64,000 bases of DNA from Raillietiella orientalis (lineage: Eukaryota): the NCBI GenBank assembly GCA_036172245.1, contig JAYWIR010000003.1, positions 3,658,001 to 3,722,000 on the forward strand, read 5' to 3'. The notes beneath the pieces are model-generated. The model saw nothing but the letters and a program-made list of their open reading frames with translations. It ran no database searches and had not been told where the DNA came from. Position numbers and translations under genes: made by a program. Shown here in pieces: positions 40,301 through 54,240 of this stretch; position 1 is the first letter of the stretch; every line of letters starts with the position of its first letter.

Positions 40301-43300
40301 TACTCCAGGTCTTCAAAGAGAACACCGAGCAGCCCGCTCCAGCAGCTGTAGCCCTCGCGGAAGGACATTCGGAGTCGCAGCGTCCATCAGCTGCCCCGTG
40401 GTCCAATCACTCATTATCTTCCTCGTGCCTGCGATCTCGGAGGGGACTCCCACCTTGCCAGTAGGCTGCTGCCATTCTTTTCCCTCAGGGAGGGCAGCGC
40501 TGCGGCAAGGGGACGTACTTGAAACGTCCCTTGATTTCTAGAAGGACCCCGGAGGATTAACTTCCAAATGCAGGTCAGTCAATAGGAATTCCCGGCTTCC
40601 ACAGGTGCCGCGGAACCCGGAGTCTACAGGCCAGACAGCATCATCGGAGGTTACAGGGAAGACCCCAGTGCAACAGCAGAAATGCCGACCTCTGCCACTT
40701 AAAGGAGAAGGGGAGACCGGAGAAGGTGTGTCACGCATGAAGCGGTGCCATGCCAGCTCCTTCGGGGAATCTTCAAGGAGGAGAGGGGCAGCCGCGAGGC
40801 ATCGCGATGCGGATTATTTTCAGTGGGCGTTTTCCTGCTCAGGTGGCGCGCGTGTCCAGCGGCCGCCTCGCGCAGCAATGCGAGAACGGGAACACTTCCT
40901 CAGCAGGAGGCGTCGAAACATCCTGTTCTGGGGCTTCATGAATTTAGCTCTTGGATGAAGACGATCAACAGAATGAAATAAAGGGAAGATGCAGCAATAA
41001 TGGCTGCTTGAACATTGCATTCACGAGATGTTGATGAGCAGAATTAAAAACGTGACCATGAAAAGGACAATGGACCATCAACTGAGATTATTGTAGTTAC
41101 ACGCTCGAAACGCATTGTTCCTGGAATTGCTTGTAGGCGTCGTGTACAGTGCCGCTGTACGGTGCGCGTTTCGCCGTCCGCTTGCTCAGCGCCATCCTCA
41201 TTCGAAGGACAGCGTTTATTTCGTCGTCCGGAACTTCGCCGCGCTTGGCAGAGGAGTCCGCTCTCGGGACCTTGCCATCATCGTGACGCGAAAGTCGACT
41301 GGGTAAACATGCTATTGATGAAACGGGGGAAGAGAGAGAGCGAGAGCTCGTCGGCCTGGACCACCCGGGTCAGTCACGGGCAGTACGCCTAGGAATGACC
41401 TCTTTCTTAGCAGCGCGTTCGTTGTGCCCGATGGGAGACGTGAAGAGATCGATGCTGTCTTTCCTGCGTTCTGGGACGTGCGGAGCCTTCAGCTCAGGAC
41501 CTCGATGTGCGCCCGTTCCGTTCCAAGAGGGGAAAAAAAAACCATTCGGCGGGAAGCGGAGACGGAAGATGAAACAAACGCATCTACCCTCGAAGTCCTT
41601 CAAGCAGTCAGTTGTCAAGAGAAATGCCAGCAGTTGGGATCAAATTATCCCTAACGCATACGAGAATGATCACAGGCAGAAAACCGAAATTCCCAAACAG
41701 CGTGAGCAGGAGGATGTTCAGGAGCAGATAGGGCATCCGTCACAAGGAGAGCTCAGCGTGCTGTTGCTCTCTGCGTAGCTGCAAGAATTCTAGGATTACC
41801 AGCTCAGCTGCTGCGACTGGATCCTGCCTGCCCGGCTATTACGTTTTCGCACTTTTCGGATACGGTACGTAGCATATGTACAGCATACACGTGTTCCTGC
41901 GTATGCCCGCTTTCATTGCAGGTGTCCGTGACTCACGCGATCAGAAGATGGGGCCACCGGAGTTTGGGGTGCTGCCCACTGAACATCCCGCAGGCTGTAG
42001 GATGCGTGCATTGCACAGCACAGCTTCCGTGCTGCGTACCGCTGCTGCCTTTGTCCCTCTCCCATCCACCAATCCGCCCGTCTACCGGCAGCATTAACTT
42101 TCGTGTCCGCAGCGTACGCCGCACGTACATGTACGATGTAAGAGCTCTCAGGTTGCAAGTGCAAACTCTTCGGAGCATACTTCATAAACGTCACGTGTCA
42201 AAATCAAAATACCAAGGCAACGGCTCTGGAGACTAACAGTCATAAATACTTGCTTGTGATCCGCGCTGCAATTCTTCTTCCTCTGGCAGAGTGCGAGATT
42301 AGAGAAATGGAGACGTGAAACGAGGGAAGCGGACGCCGTACGTCACTGCGAGCTCCTTCCTTTTGTGTGGGATGGGCGTACGATTTGGAATCGATAGTTT
42401 AAAAGGTACGCCGAAGCAATCATATCAGCCGCCGCCCCCCATATTCCAGAACGTACTTCTGGAAGAATGAATAGGGGAAGATTTACGTCCAGAAGGAGAT
42501 ATTCGAGGCAGCGTTTAGGAAACTGCTGATTTACCAATCGTCAAATGGTCACCGATGCCAGCGCAGGCTCCCGAAGAATGGGGTAGCATTACTGTGTCGC
42601 TGGAACCGCATCTGGATCTGATAGTGGGGGTCGTTCAGCGAGTCCGCGGCAGCGATCGGAGGAGCGATGCGTTGATCATGGCGGAGACCCGCGCGGCTGA
42701 AACGTCCCAAGCATCATCATCATCAAGGAGCAGTGAGGGACGGGAGCACGGGATGGCGTCTTTCGTTTGCATGCGCACTTGCTGCAATTTTTCTGCATTA
42801 GTGAACTTGCATGCGCAGATATCCGTTTTCAGAAACACTGATTTCACGTGATTAATGGTTTCCACGGTGGCAAAAAAAAAAAAAAAAAAAAAAAAAAAGG
42901 AAGGAAGGAAGGAAGGAAAAAAGAATTCCACGCTTCTCATAAGAAGGATTGATTTCTGTAGGAATAAGTAATGTTTTTGCAGATATCAGAAAAGGAGGAG
43001 TCGGAGGAAATATTTCACCAACTCGGAGACAAATCCAATAATGCTTTGGCTGGCCGCTTGCTGCTCCTCGCGGTGACGTCACATTTCCGCTCCCTGGCTT
43101 TTTTTTGTTGTTGTTGTTGTTAATGGGTCCCGGGGAAGAGGGGCTCCGCGGGGCGATTCCAGGCTCGTCGTCCCGATGGTGGTGACGCTGGCGGAATACG
43201 AGCAGCCCGCTAACTCGGACAAATCATCGCAACGAAGAGGCGGGTACTCAAGAGCGAGGACCCGCTGCCTCTTGGAAATCCTCGCGCAGAGGGCACTTTC

Positions 43301-43599
43301 TGATCAGGAGCACTCTTCGCCCGGGCGCTCCCCCTCATCCCTGCGCACCCGGCGCCGACGGAAGGCCCTCGCGAGACTTCAGTGCTGTCAGAGTCTGCCT
43401 CTGCTCCCCCTTCTGTCAAAGACGCGGGGGTTGGTCCGGGAGTTGCAGCCTTGCCTGATGGCTGCGGGGGAGCGGCCAGCGGAGCAAGCGCCCCTCCCTC
43501 CTCTTTGCTCTTCGTCTTCCCTCGCTCCAGATCAAAGACATCTTTCGTTCCCTGGTATTATGGAATCCAAAGCAGGCCCCCGACGGGTCGTCTCTGCAG

Positions 43600-44450
43600 G
43601 GAGGAAGAGATGGGGAAGGGAGGAGGAAAGGCACGCTGCCCGGGAAGGAGACCGACGGTTCGTATTCGCCTGGGTCCAGTGACGGGACATCTGGGTCAGT
43701 ATCATCCAGGAGATCGAAGAAGGGAGGGGAAACTCCCGTCCCCATCAGGAGAGTGGCCAGGGACTCCGGGTGCAGATCAGTCCTGAATGGTCCCGCACCA
43801 TGAACGGAGGTGACGCTTCTCCCTCTGCAAGGAACTTCGCACGCTCGGGGGTGGTCGCTTGAGTTGCCAGAGGGAGCAAAGGACGAACCCACCGGAAGCG
43901 CTGCTTCCTCTGTTCTCAGCGCTCGAACGGCGCAGGGGAGGACGTCTGGGCAGACAGGTTTGACATGTAAGCTCGACGCCCACCTCTGGAGGCTGGGAGA
44001 GATCCCTCGAGGTGGAAGGGACAGGGCCGGGAAAGAGCGTAATCGCGACCCGCAGTAGTCTTTCCTTCTCCTCCTCCATCCACTCCCGAGGCTTTACCCT
44101 GCTGGCGCTAACCAACCTGGATTTACTTGGAGGGAGCCAGGGTCGCAGGGAGCAGCCCAGCAGCTCCACACTTCCGCTTCGTTGCGCTCTGCTCGGAGGC
44201 TGGGCGTCTCCGATGCCCACAGCGACGTGCCAGCGCCTCGCGGCGATCCGGCATCCTGGAAAAAGAACAGCGTGTGCTCTGGAAGCGCGATCTTCAGAAG
44301 TAGAGGGTTTTTGGCGAAGACGCTGGTCCGCGGGCTCCCGTAGCAACAACGCCTTTCCGGTTCAGAGTGACCATAGGGGGCGGCGGCGTCTGCCACTTCT
44401 CCTGGCTCTCCAGTGGGCGATGCAAAGGGGGACGCGGAAGGCTTCCTTGC
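43600..44450 (-). mobile_element. Decayed LINE RT fragment
   Basis: EKWQTPPPPMVTLNRKG, YGSPRTSVFAK (YRPISLTSVFAK-like), QDAGSPRGAGT and LLDDT occur in RT order. Confidence 0.3.
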
Positions 44451-44853
44451 CCTGCGTACCCTTCCCCCGGCTCGAGGAGTCCCCGGGAAACGATAGACTC
44501 TCCCATCTTCCCTCCGTCCGACACGCGGCCATAGAAGGAAAATGCAGCGGGATGCGCACGGAATGAATCGAAGGGATGCTGCTTATCCGCTTAGTCGACA
44601 CGTCCAAAAAAGAAGGGCCGGAGGAGGTGCAGAACATCGCTTCCCAGGACGGACCACAGACACTGGCTCCATCTTGCCGTTTCAGCCGCATCTGGACGTG
44701 GGACGCCAACGCATTGCTCGCTGGCACGACCCGCGACCCGCTCATGCTGATGATGGTGGACATTTGCAAGGGCTCACCTCAAGCCATCCCGACCGACCTG
44801 AAGACTCGGTTGGTTCTCCTATCAGGATGGCTCGACTCAGCTTACACCGCTGC

Positions 44854-44888
<35 letters not shown>

Positions 44889-46899
44889 TTGGTGAAAATT
44901 CGTGTTGCTGTCCCGACACGCTCGAAATGATGGCTCCCAAGAGTGTTCTGTTGTGATTCCAACATTTCATGAACGGATCCCCTCTATGAGAGCAGTAACG
45001 CTGTTTTTTGGAGCGGGTGGTGCGGTGGTGGCAGGTGCTCTCAGAAAATGTCCCCCCCCCCCCTTCTCTCCTTGCTTATTCCCCTGAAAGATCTGTCCGA
45101 AGATGAAGACATGAAGAACGTGACAAGAGAGGAGAGGAGGAAAAGAAAGGACCCCGATCAGTGCAGATAAAGGCCGTTGCCATAAATGAAATGGATAAAA
45201 CCGAGTCTGCTGAAAAGTGCAGTTGAAGCCTTCATTGGGTGTTGTGTCACCGGGAAGGGGGAGGGAGGGGATTTTTTTTTGTGTGTCATCACAAGCAGAC
45301 GCGCACTTTGCACGCACGGAGTATTTGCCGTTTCTCAGAATACATAAAGTACACATCTCTATGGTCCTGGAGTGTGATATGCCCTCTCACTTATATAGGT
45401 GACATCGAATCCACACGCACGCTTTCCTAGAGACCACATCTGCAGGCTATGCTCTTGTCCACGTTCAATCAAGCCGATTTCCCCGAAACAAACAAAAATC
45501 GTCGCAGTGCTTGCGTTTCCGCAGCTCACACCAAGCATGTCGTTTCGTCGGCAATTTGAATACACTTACTAACGCTTTCCTGAACAATATCGTCAGATTT
45601 TACTACTTGCTGGTCCATGCTGGATGCTTTCCTCGGCATGTTTTTTCTTCTTCTTTTTACCTTTTATCACCTTCCATTAAATGAAATCCGATCCCCTATC
45701 GTCCTATATATATAAAAAAAAGAAAAACAAAGGCGAGGAAAACACATCAGGGCACGAAAAAAATTTGTTCGGTACACTTCAAACGTTCACGAAAATCGGA
45801 TTTACGTCATTGACGACCGGCGCTCCAATGTTTAGGGTATCTTCGCTACAATGCTTGAAGTGCCCAATCAAAATCGATTTAAAGTGTAACTGAATAAATA
45901 GCCAATCAAAACAGGAGTGATGACACACGCAACAATCAACAAACAAACCCCAGCGTGAAGCGAGGTGAAACAGACGAGCTTGACGGTAAAAGCCTTGCTT
46001 TGTTCGGGGTTCAGTGTCTCGTGGGTGCACAGGCTACTGCTGTCGGTTCCCCCTTGGCTACGGGATCAGCAAGCCCCCTTCCTCCTCCGCCCCCAAGTGC
46101 GCCGGCCAAGAGTCTGGAAACAGGAAGGGAGGAGGAAGAAAAAAGCAGGTTTCCCGGCGCGCGTGCTGGAGAGCAGCGGGTCCCGGGATCGCTGTGATCT
46201 CGGGAGCCGCTTCAGCATGCGGGACGCCTTGCGAGAGTTCGCTGACTGCAGATTCCCGACGGTCGGCCGGCTGTGCGTTCCGAGGGTACAGGAGCGCCTC
46301 AGCTTCCCTGTGCAGGCGCGCGAAGGAGGACGTCCTCGCACAGTGTCGGCGCAGAGTGCTCCCCAGGGAGTTTCACGACCACATCGGATCGCTGACCTCG
46401 CTTTGAGGTTCAGCTGCCTTCCAGGTCTTATTTGCCTCACCATGGAAAAATGAGGAAATGGCGGAAACGCTTTCGGAAAGCAACTTGGTCTAAAGGGGGT
46501 GGGTGCTTCATGAGTGCGTCTCCATCCCTTCTCCGGTCCTCTTCGCAATGTCGCGACTCTCTGCGAAGAGAGAGTTTAGAGGAACGGAAGAATCAGCGCC
46601 ATGGACCGCGTGTGCGGACGCTCGTCGGCGAACCCTGCTGTCTCGCATCCTCGCCGGGACTTCCCTCTTCCTCCCCTCTTCGCCCTATCAGAAACGGACG
46701 TGGCGCTCTCCTATCAGCAAGTGAAGATCCTGGAAAGGACTCCGCTTCCCCACCCTTCCCGCTCTGACTGTTCGAAGAGAAATGACGAAGAACCTACCAC
46801 CTCCACTGGCCGATGCTGCCTTCTCCTTGACAGAGGAGCCCCTTTTCCGGGTGGGGGCAACCGAGAAGTCGTGTCCACCGCTTTTGCCGCATGGGCGTT

Positions 46900-47330
46900 C
46901 GAATATCATCACGAGAGAGACATAAGGAGTAGGAGGGATGGTGAGCAGTTTCCGGCGGTGAGAATGAGGCTTTCGCAAAGGTCCAGTTGGACTGACCGTA
47001 GTCCTTACGTAGGTTCCAGCAACCCGTTGCTCTGGTGACTGGCGGGAAGAGAGTCGATCCAGGAACGAACGAGGATGCTTGAAGAGAGTAAGGGGATTCC
47101 GAGGAGCCCTGCTGTTCGGAGTCCTGGGAGGTCTTCGTGTTCCCGTGCGCGACGGTGGCCTGCTGCCAGCAACCTCGCCGCGAAGCACCACACACACCCC
47201 TTGAAGCCGAAGAACGGAGGTTAGCCTCGGGCACTTTCCTCCTCGGAAGGATGCGCGAGGCGGTTGGTGGCCAGGAGCCTCTTCCGAGAGCCGTGAGCTT
47301 CACGTGGTTCTTGTGCTCTTGCCCATCTGC
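46900..47330 (-). mobile_element. Decayed Tx1/L1-like post-RT fragment
   Basis: VKLTALGR followed by TAGLLGIPLL...SWIDSL. Confidence 0.35.
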
Positions 47331-50300
47331 ACTCGCTTAGCACCTGAACCCCGAGGAAAACAGCAGATGACGGCGGGAAACGCACTTACTCAGCCGCATG
47401 GGCCGCTTCCATGGCTTCCCTCAGGAAGCTACAGGCGGGAGCGGCAGGTGGCATGACCCTCCCACAAAACAGCTCGCCCAGTGGCTACGAACTGGGAGGA
47501 GTGCGCGCTCTTGTCTGTTCACGCGCTCACGAATTCCTCCCTACCTTTGCTTAAGAGAGCACTCGAGCATGGGGCGGACGTGACGGGTCGATGACGACAC
47601 GATTCGCAACAATCTCCGACTTGGGCCATCGATCAAACAATGCTTTCGCTCTTTGCCGCGGGCTGCGTGGTCCTCCGCGGCGCATGCAGGGGTGAGGTTC
47701 GCTGTCGTTGAGAAGAACTTCCGGTGGATTCTTGCACGCTGCGGTTGCGTGCTCGGGAAGGCCCTCTCTCGATTCTCGAGGGCAAGAGCGAAGGGAGGGC
47801 TAGGAGCCGTTGCTGTCTCGGGCAGCAGCAGGTTGCGGCACGGAGCGCAAACATTCGAACCCCTGTCTCAGGAGAGCGTGGGGAAGAGGAGGTTGCGGTG
47901 CCTGTTAGGCTGCAGCGCATCAGGAGGAGAGGACCCGTCTCGGGAAGATGCGCATGATGGGATCGGAAGTGGATGGTTTTGCCGTCGGTTCGGAACTCCT
48001 GTCCGGAGATTCGAACTGCCTGCTCGGCGGAACGCTTCCAAGTGCCGCTGATCAGCTGTGATTTGCGGACCGCGTTCCGCTTAATTGGTAATCAAGGCCG
48101 GGCTTGCACGGGTGGGTCCAGGAGCCGAGATGCAGGCGGTAATTAACAAAGTCCCCATTTATGGTATGTGTTTCTCAGCGTTAACCGAAACAACTGCTGC
48201 TTAGATGAAAGCAAATGGGCCACAAGGTAAGAAGAGGAAGGGGAAAAAAAAAAAAAAAAAGAGCATCCTACTTAAATCGCCGAATTTCCACCAAGTTTTC
48301 TGCCTCAGCTGCCCCATTAAAAAGTCGTAAGACATTCTATCAAGGCAAACGCTTGCTACTGACGTTCAGGCGCGAAGGAATGCTTTGTAAGTGAGGATCG
48401 CTTGCTGGAGCATTTTATCTTGCGTTGAGTTTTCGCCCTGTGGAAGATGACAGAAAAGCAGCAGAATTAAATTCCTCCGGAACTTCACGAGGGAGGGGAG
48501 GGGAGAAAAAACGTGTACACACACAAAAAGTGGGATCAATGAGGATTCTCTGGAGACGGTGGTTGACTAAGTAAACAGTGTTTCCGCGGGGAGCTCGGAA
48601 CTTTTCTCTGTGCTATTATTTTGGGATTTTTCTTCTTCGCTGGGATGCTAACTGCCGATTCATTCTGGGAAATCTCTTGGCGTGCGCATTTGCGGGAAAA
48701 AAAAAAAAAAAAAAGGAAAACCTTTTTTGCATGTGTCGAAGAGTTTCTTCTGCGGAATGCACCCTCGGAGCTTTCTCTGGATCCCAGCAGTATGCCGATC
48801 GAGGAGGGATTTATGGTTATAGAGTGGAACGACCTTCTGCGTCGTTATTGGAGATCAACACGGTGCTTGTGGCGAAGCCTTGGACAGAGGTGCTCTGGAA
48901 GCTCAGAGTCCGTCTTTGCTGGTGTCGGAAGAGGTTCCAGGGTTTTCACCACCGGATGCTAGTAGGAAGGAAGCCGGGGCCTTTGATCGACCGAAAATAG
49001 GCAGGCGGAGCGAGCGATCCTGCCCGCGTCTGCAAAGCGAGGGAGGCTGGTGACGCAGAGGAACCAATCTTCCTCCATCCCGAGAAGGCAAATGCGTTCC
49101 GAACTGGACGGAGGTTCTTTTCCGCGACAGCACAGCATCCATTTATTTACATTCTACGACTGGGGGGGGGGGGGGGGAGAGAACTTGGGAGACCCGCGGA
49201 TAAACGACTGAGGAGGTTTTCCCGAGAGTGCACGCTTCTTCCACGGAACCTGCTCACATCCGCTCACGAGGGAGGCGCGCGGATTATGTGCGAGCCTACC
49301 GGAAAGCAGGAGGGCAGTTTCCCGGATGCAGCTTCATTTTAATAAACTCTGATGGGTGTTCCGGGCGCCCGGACGTAGGAGTCCCGCGCATTGGTCGGCC
49401 GTGATCCTCGTTATTAAAGTGCGAAAATCGATGTGAAATCTCCGGAAAGTTCACTCTACTTCGAGTCATTCAGGATTTGGAGAGATGAGTTGCCGGCGTC
49501 ATGAATCATTAAGCGCTTTGAGGAAGCTAATAGGCTTCCTTTGTCGTCTGACCTCGCAAAGGAGAAAAAACAAAAAAAGGAAAAGAAAAGAAATACTCGT
49601 CGGACACGACGGCTTTTGCAGCTCTTCTGACGCTTGCACGACTTCATTGTGTGGCGGGAACAGTGGACTTGGCGGAGGTCCCGTCCGCGAACCTCGCGCG
49701 GCGGGGGAGCAGCCGGGAAAAACTTCTTGTCCGGGAGCCGTCTCCGCGATTCCCGAGGCCGGTGGCTCGTGGGATGTGGATTAACGTCCTGGATGCGGGA
49801 ACGCGATGGCTGTTTCGCTCCGGCGGGGAACCCTCCACATCCCGGTACGGGTTGCCGACGGATGCGAACAGTTTCAATGGCGATCCCGGGTTTCTGTAGA
49901 GAAAGCAAAGAGCCGGAGGACTTTGCTCTCGTCCCAGGGCCTGATTCTCATCCCGGATCGATGCGTCCTCCTCCCACGGAAGCGTTTCATCGGGGCTGAA
50001 AAATGCAGCTGCTCGAGAGAGATGATGATGATGAAAAACTCACTTTTCGGTTTCCCCGTAAGCAGAGGGACCGGTCGTCATGACGACGACAGTTCGAGGC
50101 TGGACCACGATGCGGGATGTCTTTTTTTCTCTTTCGTTTCGATCGGATTCGCGGTGGAAATTTCTTCGATGAAGACAAATCGAAGACGTGCGCTCTTCGC
50201 CCAAGTACGAAAGCGAACTGTATAGCGCTTGTATCATTGCAAGCACCTCACGGCCACGAACGTTCAGCCTGAAGTTTTCGTCGCTCGTGGTTCTTGATGG

Positions 50301-51229
50301 AGATTCGAGGCCAGCGGATGGGAACGGCAGGTTGCCCGCAGCCGCCGGACTCGAAGGTGCGGGCGCTGTGGCAACCAAAGGATTGTCCCAGGACTCCTCT
50401 CCCTTTCGCGGAAGCGATTCCAATCTCCGTACCTCGAGCACGTCTGAAGCAGGCCGGATCTTCAACATACAGCGCCCATCCGCAACGGAACCGGCCCTCT
50501 TCGAGATGGCACGCTTATTCGCCACACGAGGTGAGAATGCTCTTCACCGTGCGGCAAGAAGAAATCCCAACCGCGAAATCGCTCACGAGCTCGAGCGCGT
50601 GCAGAAATTTGTTATTCCGACGTGGGGCCGAGCACACGAAAGATACGCGTGCTCAGGTGTTCTGGCCATCCCTGTTTAGGTGATGGAATTTATGCTCGCA
50701 AGGGTTGTTTCCTCGAGTTTCCACCGATGGCCCGTCCAAGAGAACGCCACGAGAACAAGTACCTTCAAGGTGCCACGTTCTTCATGGGCTCCCCAACGAG
50801 TAATCGTTGCATCCGTTGGCTCATCGGGTTGTAAGGGTTGCAGCGAGAGCGAAGACATTGTGCCTTCCTAGTAATGCCCGGATTCCAAATCTTACCCAGG
50901 AAGCTGCTGGGGAAGGCAAAGAGGTGACTCTCCCACAGCCTTGGAGGATTTCTCTAGGAGTTCCAAGGAGACTACGCTGACTCGAAAGTGCATCGCCATT
51001 TGCTGATGAGGATGACGTAAAGGAGCAGAGCTCCGCAGGCGGTCCCACGTCGCGTGGTGGATACTTTACACGAGATGGGTCGTGTTGCGACAACACATGT
51101 GCTCATCCCTGCCTCAGACACCGGATCACGCATGCAGCAGGCGATCTCATCACGAAAGAAAGATCAGATCACCCCTCAAAATGTGAAGCGGACACGGAAC
51201 CGTTGGTGCGTTCTGTCGTCATCAACTGA

Positions 51230-51680
51230 GGGTTTATTTAGTTTGGCACCAATTTGGTTTCGCGGAGGCCAAGTGGCTCGGCTGACCCTTTGGGGTGAAT
51301 CTGACCGCTTCAACATGGCGAATGAGGGGACGAGGTCTCGTTGGAAGAACGAATTTCGGGAGATGCGACGCTGCCGGCGGGTCACCTCAACGGAGGCAGC
51401 GTGACACGAACCAAGACGGCACATGGAGGATCGCAAACAAGAGCTTCATCTTTTCGGGGAAGCTGAGTATCTGACCCGACTGAAGACTCCCGGTACCCAG
51501 AACAGGGAGGCCGAAGAACGGATTTGGACGGCCGTAGGCCACTCATCAGAGAAGGACACGCGCGCTTTCTCGAGTCAGTGTGTGCGCGAGCAAGAAAGAA
51601 AAATGGAGCTACCAGAAGAGTCACATCCCTGGATGCAGATCTGGAGGCGAAGAAATGAAACATCCGCCAACTTATGATGG
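51230..51680 (+). mobile_element. Decayed RTE-like LINE 3' fragment
   Basis: RLTLWGES...EFREMRRCRRVT and RKQELHLFGE resemble the RTE C-terminal motifs LLYGSE...EMR.LR...VT and RL.WFGH. Confidence 0.35.
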
Positions 51681-52099
51681 ACTCTCGTCTGGTGGGGCTT
51701 GTGAGATTTTCATTTTGGCAGCGCGTCGAGAGCTTTCGAAGCACTGGTGAGCTCCAAGTCGCCCACGACCATTCGAAATTAACGATGCATGTGAAATTAA
51801 TGATTCGTCCAGAGTTAATGACTCTCCGATAACAATGCAGCGAAAACCAAAATGTGACGTATTTTTTTTTTTGTTTTTCTTGCGCAGAATTTACGAAGGA
51901 GTTTCGCCAAGCAAATGATCATACAAGAAATTCCGTACCCCGTTATAATGAAATGTGTACATCGTGCATCTCACTTTAGGGTTGCATTTCTTTTCCTTTT
52001 TTTGTGTGTGGTGCTTTTCCCATGGTGATCTGGTGAGTCAGATTTGAAGGTTCTCTGAGGGAACATCCCTGGGCGACTACATTTGCTGGATTAAGCCAA

Positions 52100-52341
52100 T
52101 TACGAAAGCTTTTGACATAATCAAAAAAGAAAAGAGAGGCAGTTACATCGTTAGTCAATACAACGTATCGAAGCGTAATGAATGTACAGAAGCCAGCTGA
52201 AACCTCACACGCGAATGCATTTAACACAGCCAATAACTTAATGATGCTGACTGCCATTTGTACCACGGATGCCACATCGCAACAGATCGGGAGAGCGTCG
52301 CCCATTTCGCCAAAATTAACTTTCAGTAGTAAACAGTCCAC
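52100..52341 (-). mobile_element. Decayed LINE RT fragment (CR1/L2/Jockey-like)
   Basis: SAGF...VLTNDVTASLFFFDYVKSF resembles Q.GF...LTND...FLD.SKAFD. Confidence 0.35.
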
Positions 52342-52384
52342 TATTACTGCTTACTGGAAGTAGGTGTGGCAGTTCCACTTGAGA

Positions 52385-52389
<5 letters not shown>

Positions 52390-52423
<34 letters not shown>
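52390..52423. repeat. (TG)17 microsatellite
   Basis: Directly visible. Confidence 0.99.
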
Positions 52424-52424
<1 letters not shown>

Positions 52425-54153
52425 AGGGGGGGGGGTTCTTGAAAGTGAGTTGCCCCCGTCTTCGGGCAAAACCTTCTCCCGTCTTTACCCGCTGTCAGCA
52501 CTGTCTTGTTGTCCGGCGCCCACAGAGCTGCTACCTTTTCGGCACGAGAACTTCGCGATCCCCGTTCCTATGGTTACCCCGAGCAGGCTGGTGAATGGAG
52601 TGCCAAGCCGAAGGAAGCTTGGCCGAGGAACATCAATCCGTTCAATAATCCGCTCCTCCTTCCCTTTGCAGAAAGAGTCCTTTCCGAGTGGCGGCGTTCG
52701 CGGAAAGAACGCAATTAACGATGATTAATTTACCAGAGACGGTGCCGCGTGTTCCGCAGGGCGCAGCCGCAGACCATGTGCACCAGCCGCCTTCCCGAAA
52801 CGCAACAATGTGCCTATTTATAGCCGGGCGGGTTCGCTGTGTTCACGCGTCACGCGGGAAGTGCTCGTGGCGGCGCCGTGGGGCACTTTCCACCCGCGGA
52901 GGAAGATGGGAGTTCGGCTGCGCGCAGCCGGAAATGCGAACACCGAAAATGCGTAACAATGCGAGGCTGCTCCCAGACGCGTCGCGGGATCGGTGTACGT
53001 GTGTGGCGTATGTGTGTGCACGTGCGTGCGTGCGTGCGTGAGTGAGTGAGTGATTGCTGTCGTTCCGGGTGAAAACAGCGTTATGTGCTGCACGTGTTTA
53101 TGCCAAAAGGTTTTCTTTCTTTTTTCTCCGGTTGATTGCAGAATTCTCCGATTGATAACCGTCATGAGATCGGCGCTCCCGGAGAAGGAAGAATCCTTCT
53201 GAGCAGCGCTCAGCCACGCCAGGCCACGCCTGACCTCCTGTGGACGAGAAGAGTCCGTTTCCGGAGGCGAAAATTTCGGGTTCATTTCGGGAGACCCAGT
53301 CGGTTCAGGGGACAAAAAAGCTCTCGTTCCCTCCCCGCCGCCTCTCCCTTTTGTCTTGTGGAGTAGGGGTGGCAACTCCTCCTTCCCTCCTCAGACCACA
53401 AGGCAGCGAAATGTGGAAAAACGTGCGGGGCGAGCGGAAGCGGTTCTTCTGCCTCGGAGTGCCCTCTGCATTCTTGCGCATATTCTTGTCCTCTCTGTTC
53501 GAGAGCTGCCGCCAGTTTCACGCTTTTGCTGCCAAAGTATCCGTCGGAAACTCCGTCGTCGTCATCTCAGTTTCGTATTCACCACTCAGAACGGGAGGCT
53601 AATTGGAAGGAGGTACTGCCTGCAAATATCCACTGGCTATCCCCCCTCCCTCCCCCTTTACTTCTTCTTTTCTTTCTTCCTTTCTTTCTTTTTCCTTTTT
53701 TTTTTTTTTTTTTTTCCCCTCCTTCAAATCGTTCACTCCACCAGAATCCACGGACGTTCCTCTAGCCTCCTGATGTCGACATGGAATCAAAATGGCTGGA
53801 ATCAATGTGGTGAAATAATTTATTTGAACTTGTTGCGGGGTTCTTGCAAGAAGGAATATTTTCTCGAGTTCTCATCACACGAAGGGGCATCCATTAGCAA
53901 TCGAACTCGGAGGTCGATTGAAAACATGAAATCCGCAAAGCTACGAGCGGATACTACCAATGCTGGAACTTCACGTACGCTCCAGTTTCCCATGCATCGC
54001 TGACTTGTGAAAGCGCGTTTTGTTTTTCGCTTCTGGACCGTCGGTAGCGACCACAGTTTGAGAGTTGCACAACTTACCTGCTAACTTCATGCTAGTTATT
54101 TATGAATATTTGGGTGTTTCCCGAATGTTTGGATTTCCCACAGTGCTGCTAAC

Positions 54154-54240
54154 ATGGAAAGCACTAGTGAGGATCGCACGAGTTTCCGGAGGTACGCAGA
54201 TTTGAATTTATCCAAAGAAGAAACTTTCTATTTCTTCAAA
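54154..54240 (+). CDS. CCAP-R: Probable first coding exon of a CCAP-receptor-like GPCR (extracellular N-terminus)
   Basis: Acceptor tttcccacag ending at 54143, aacATGG context, MESTSEDRTSFRRYADLNLSKEETFYFFK with an NLS glycosylation sequon, and a phase-0 donor gtaaga at 54241. Splicing gives FYFFK-AEQ, like FYFYE-TEQ of insect CCAP receptors. Confidence 0.8.

Noticed and set aside
50294..50530. Alternative GPCR N-terminal exon ending AYSPHE|gtgaga
   Set aside because: It lacks the FYF motif; the 54154-54240 exon fits much better.
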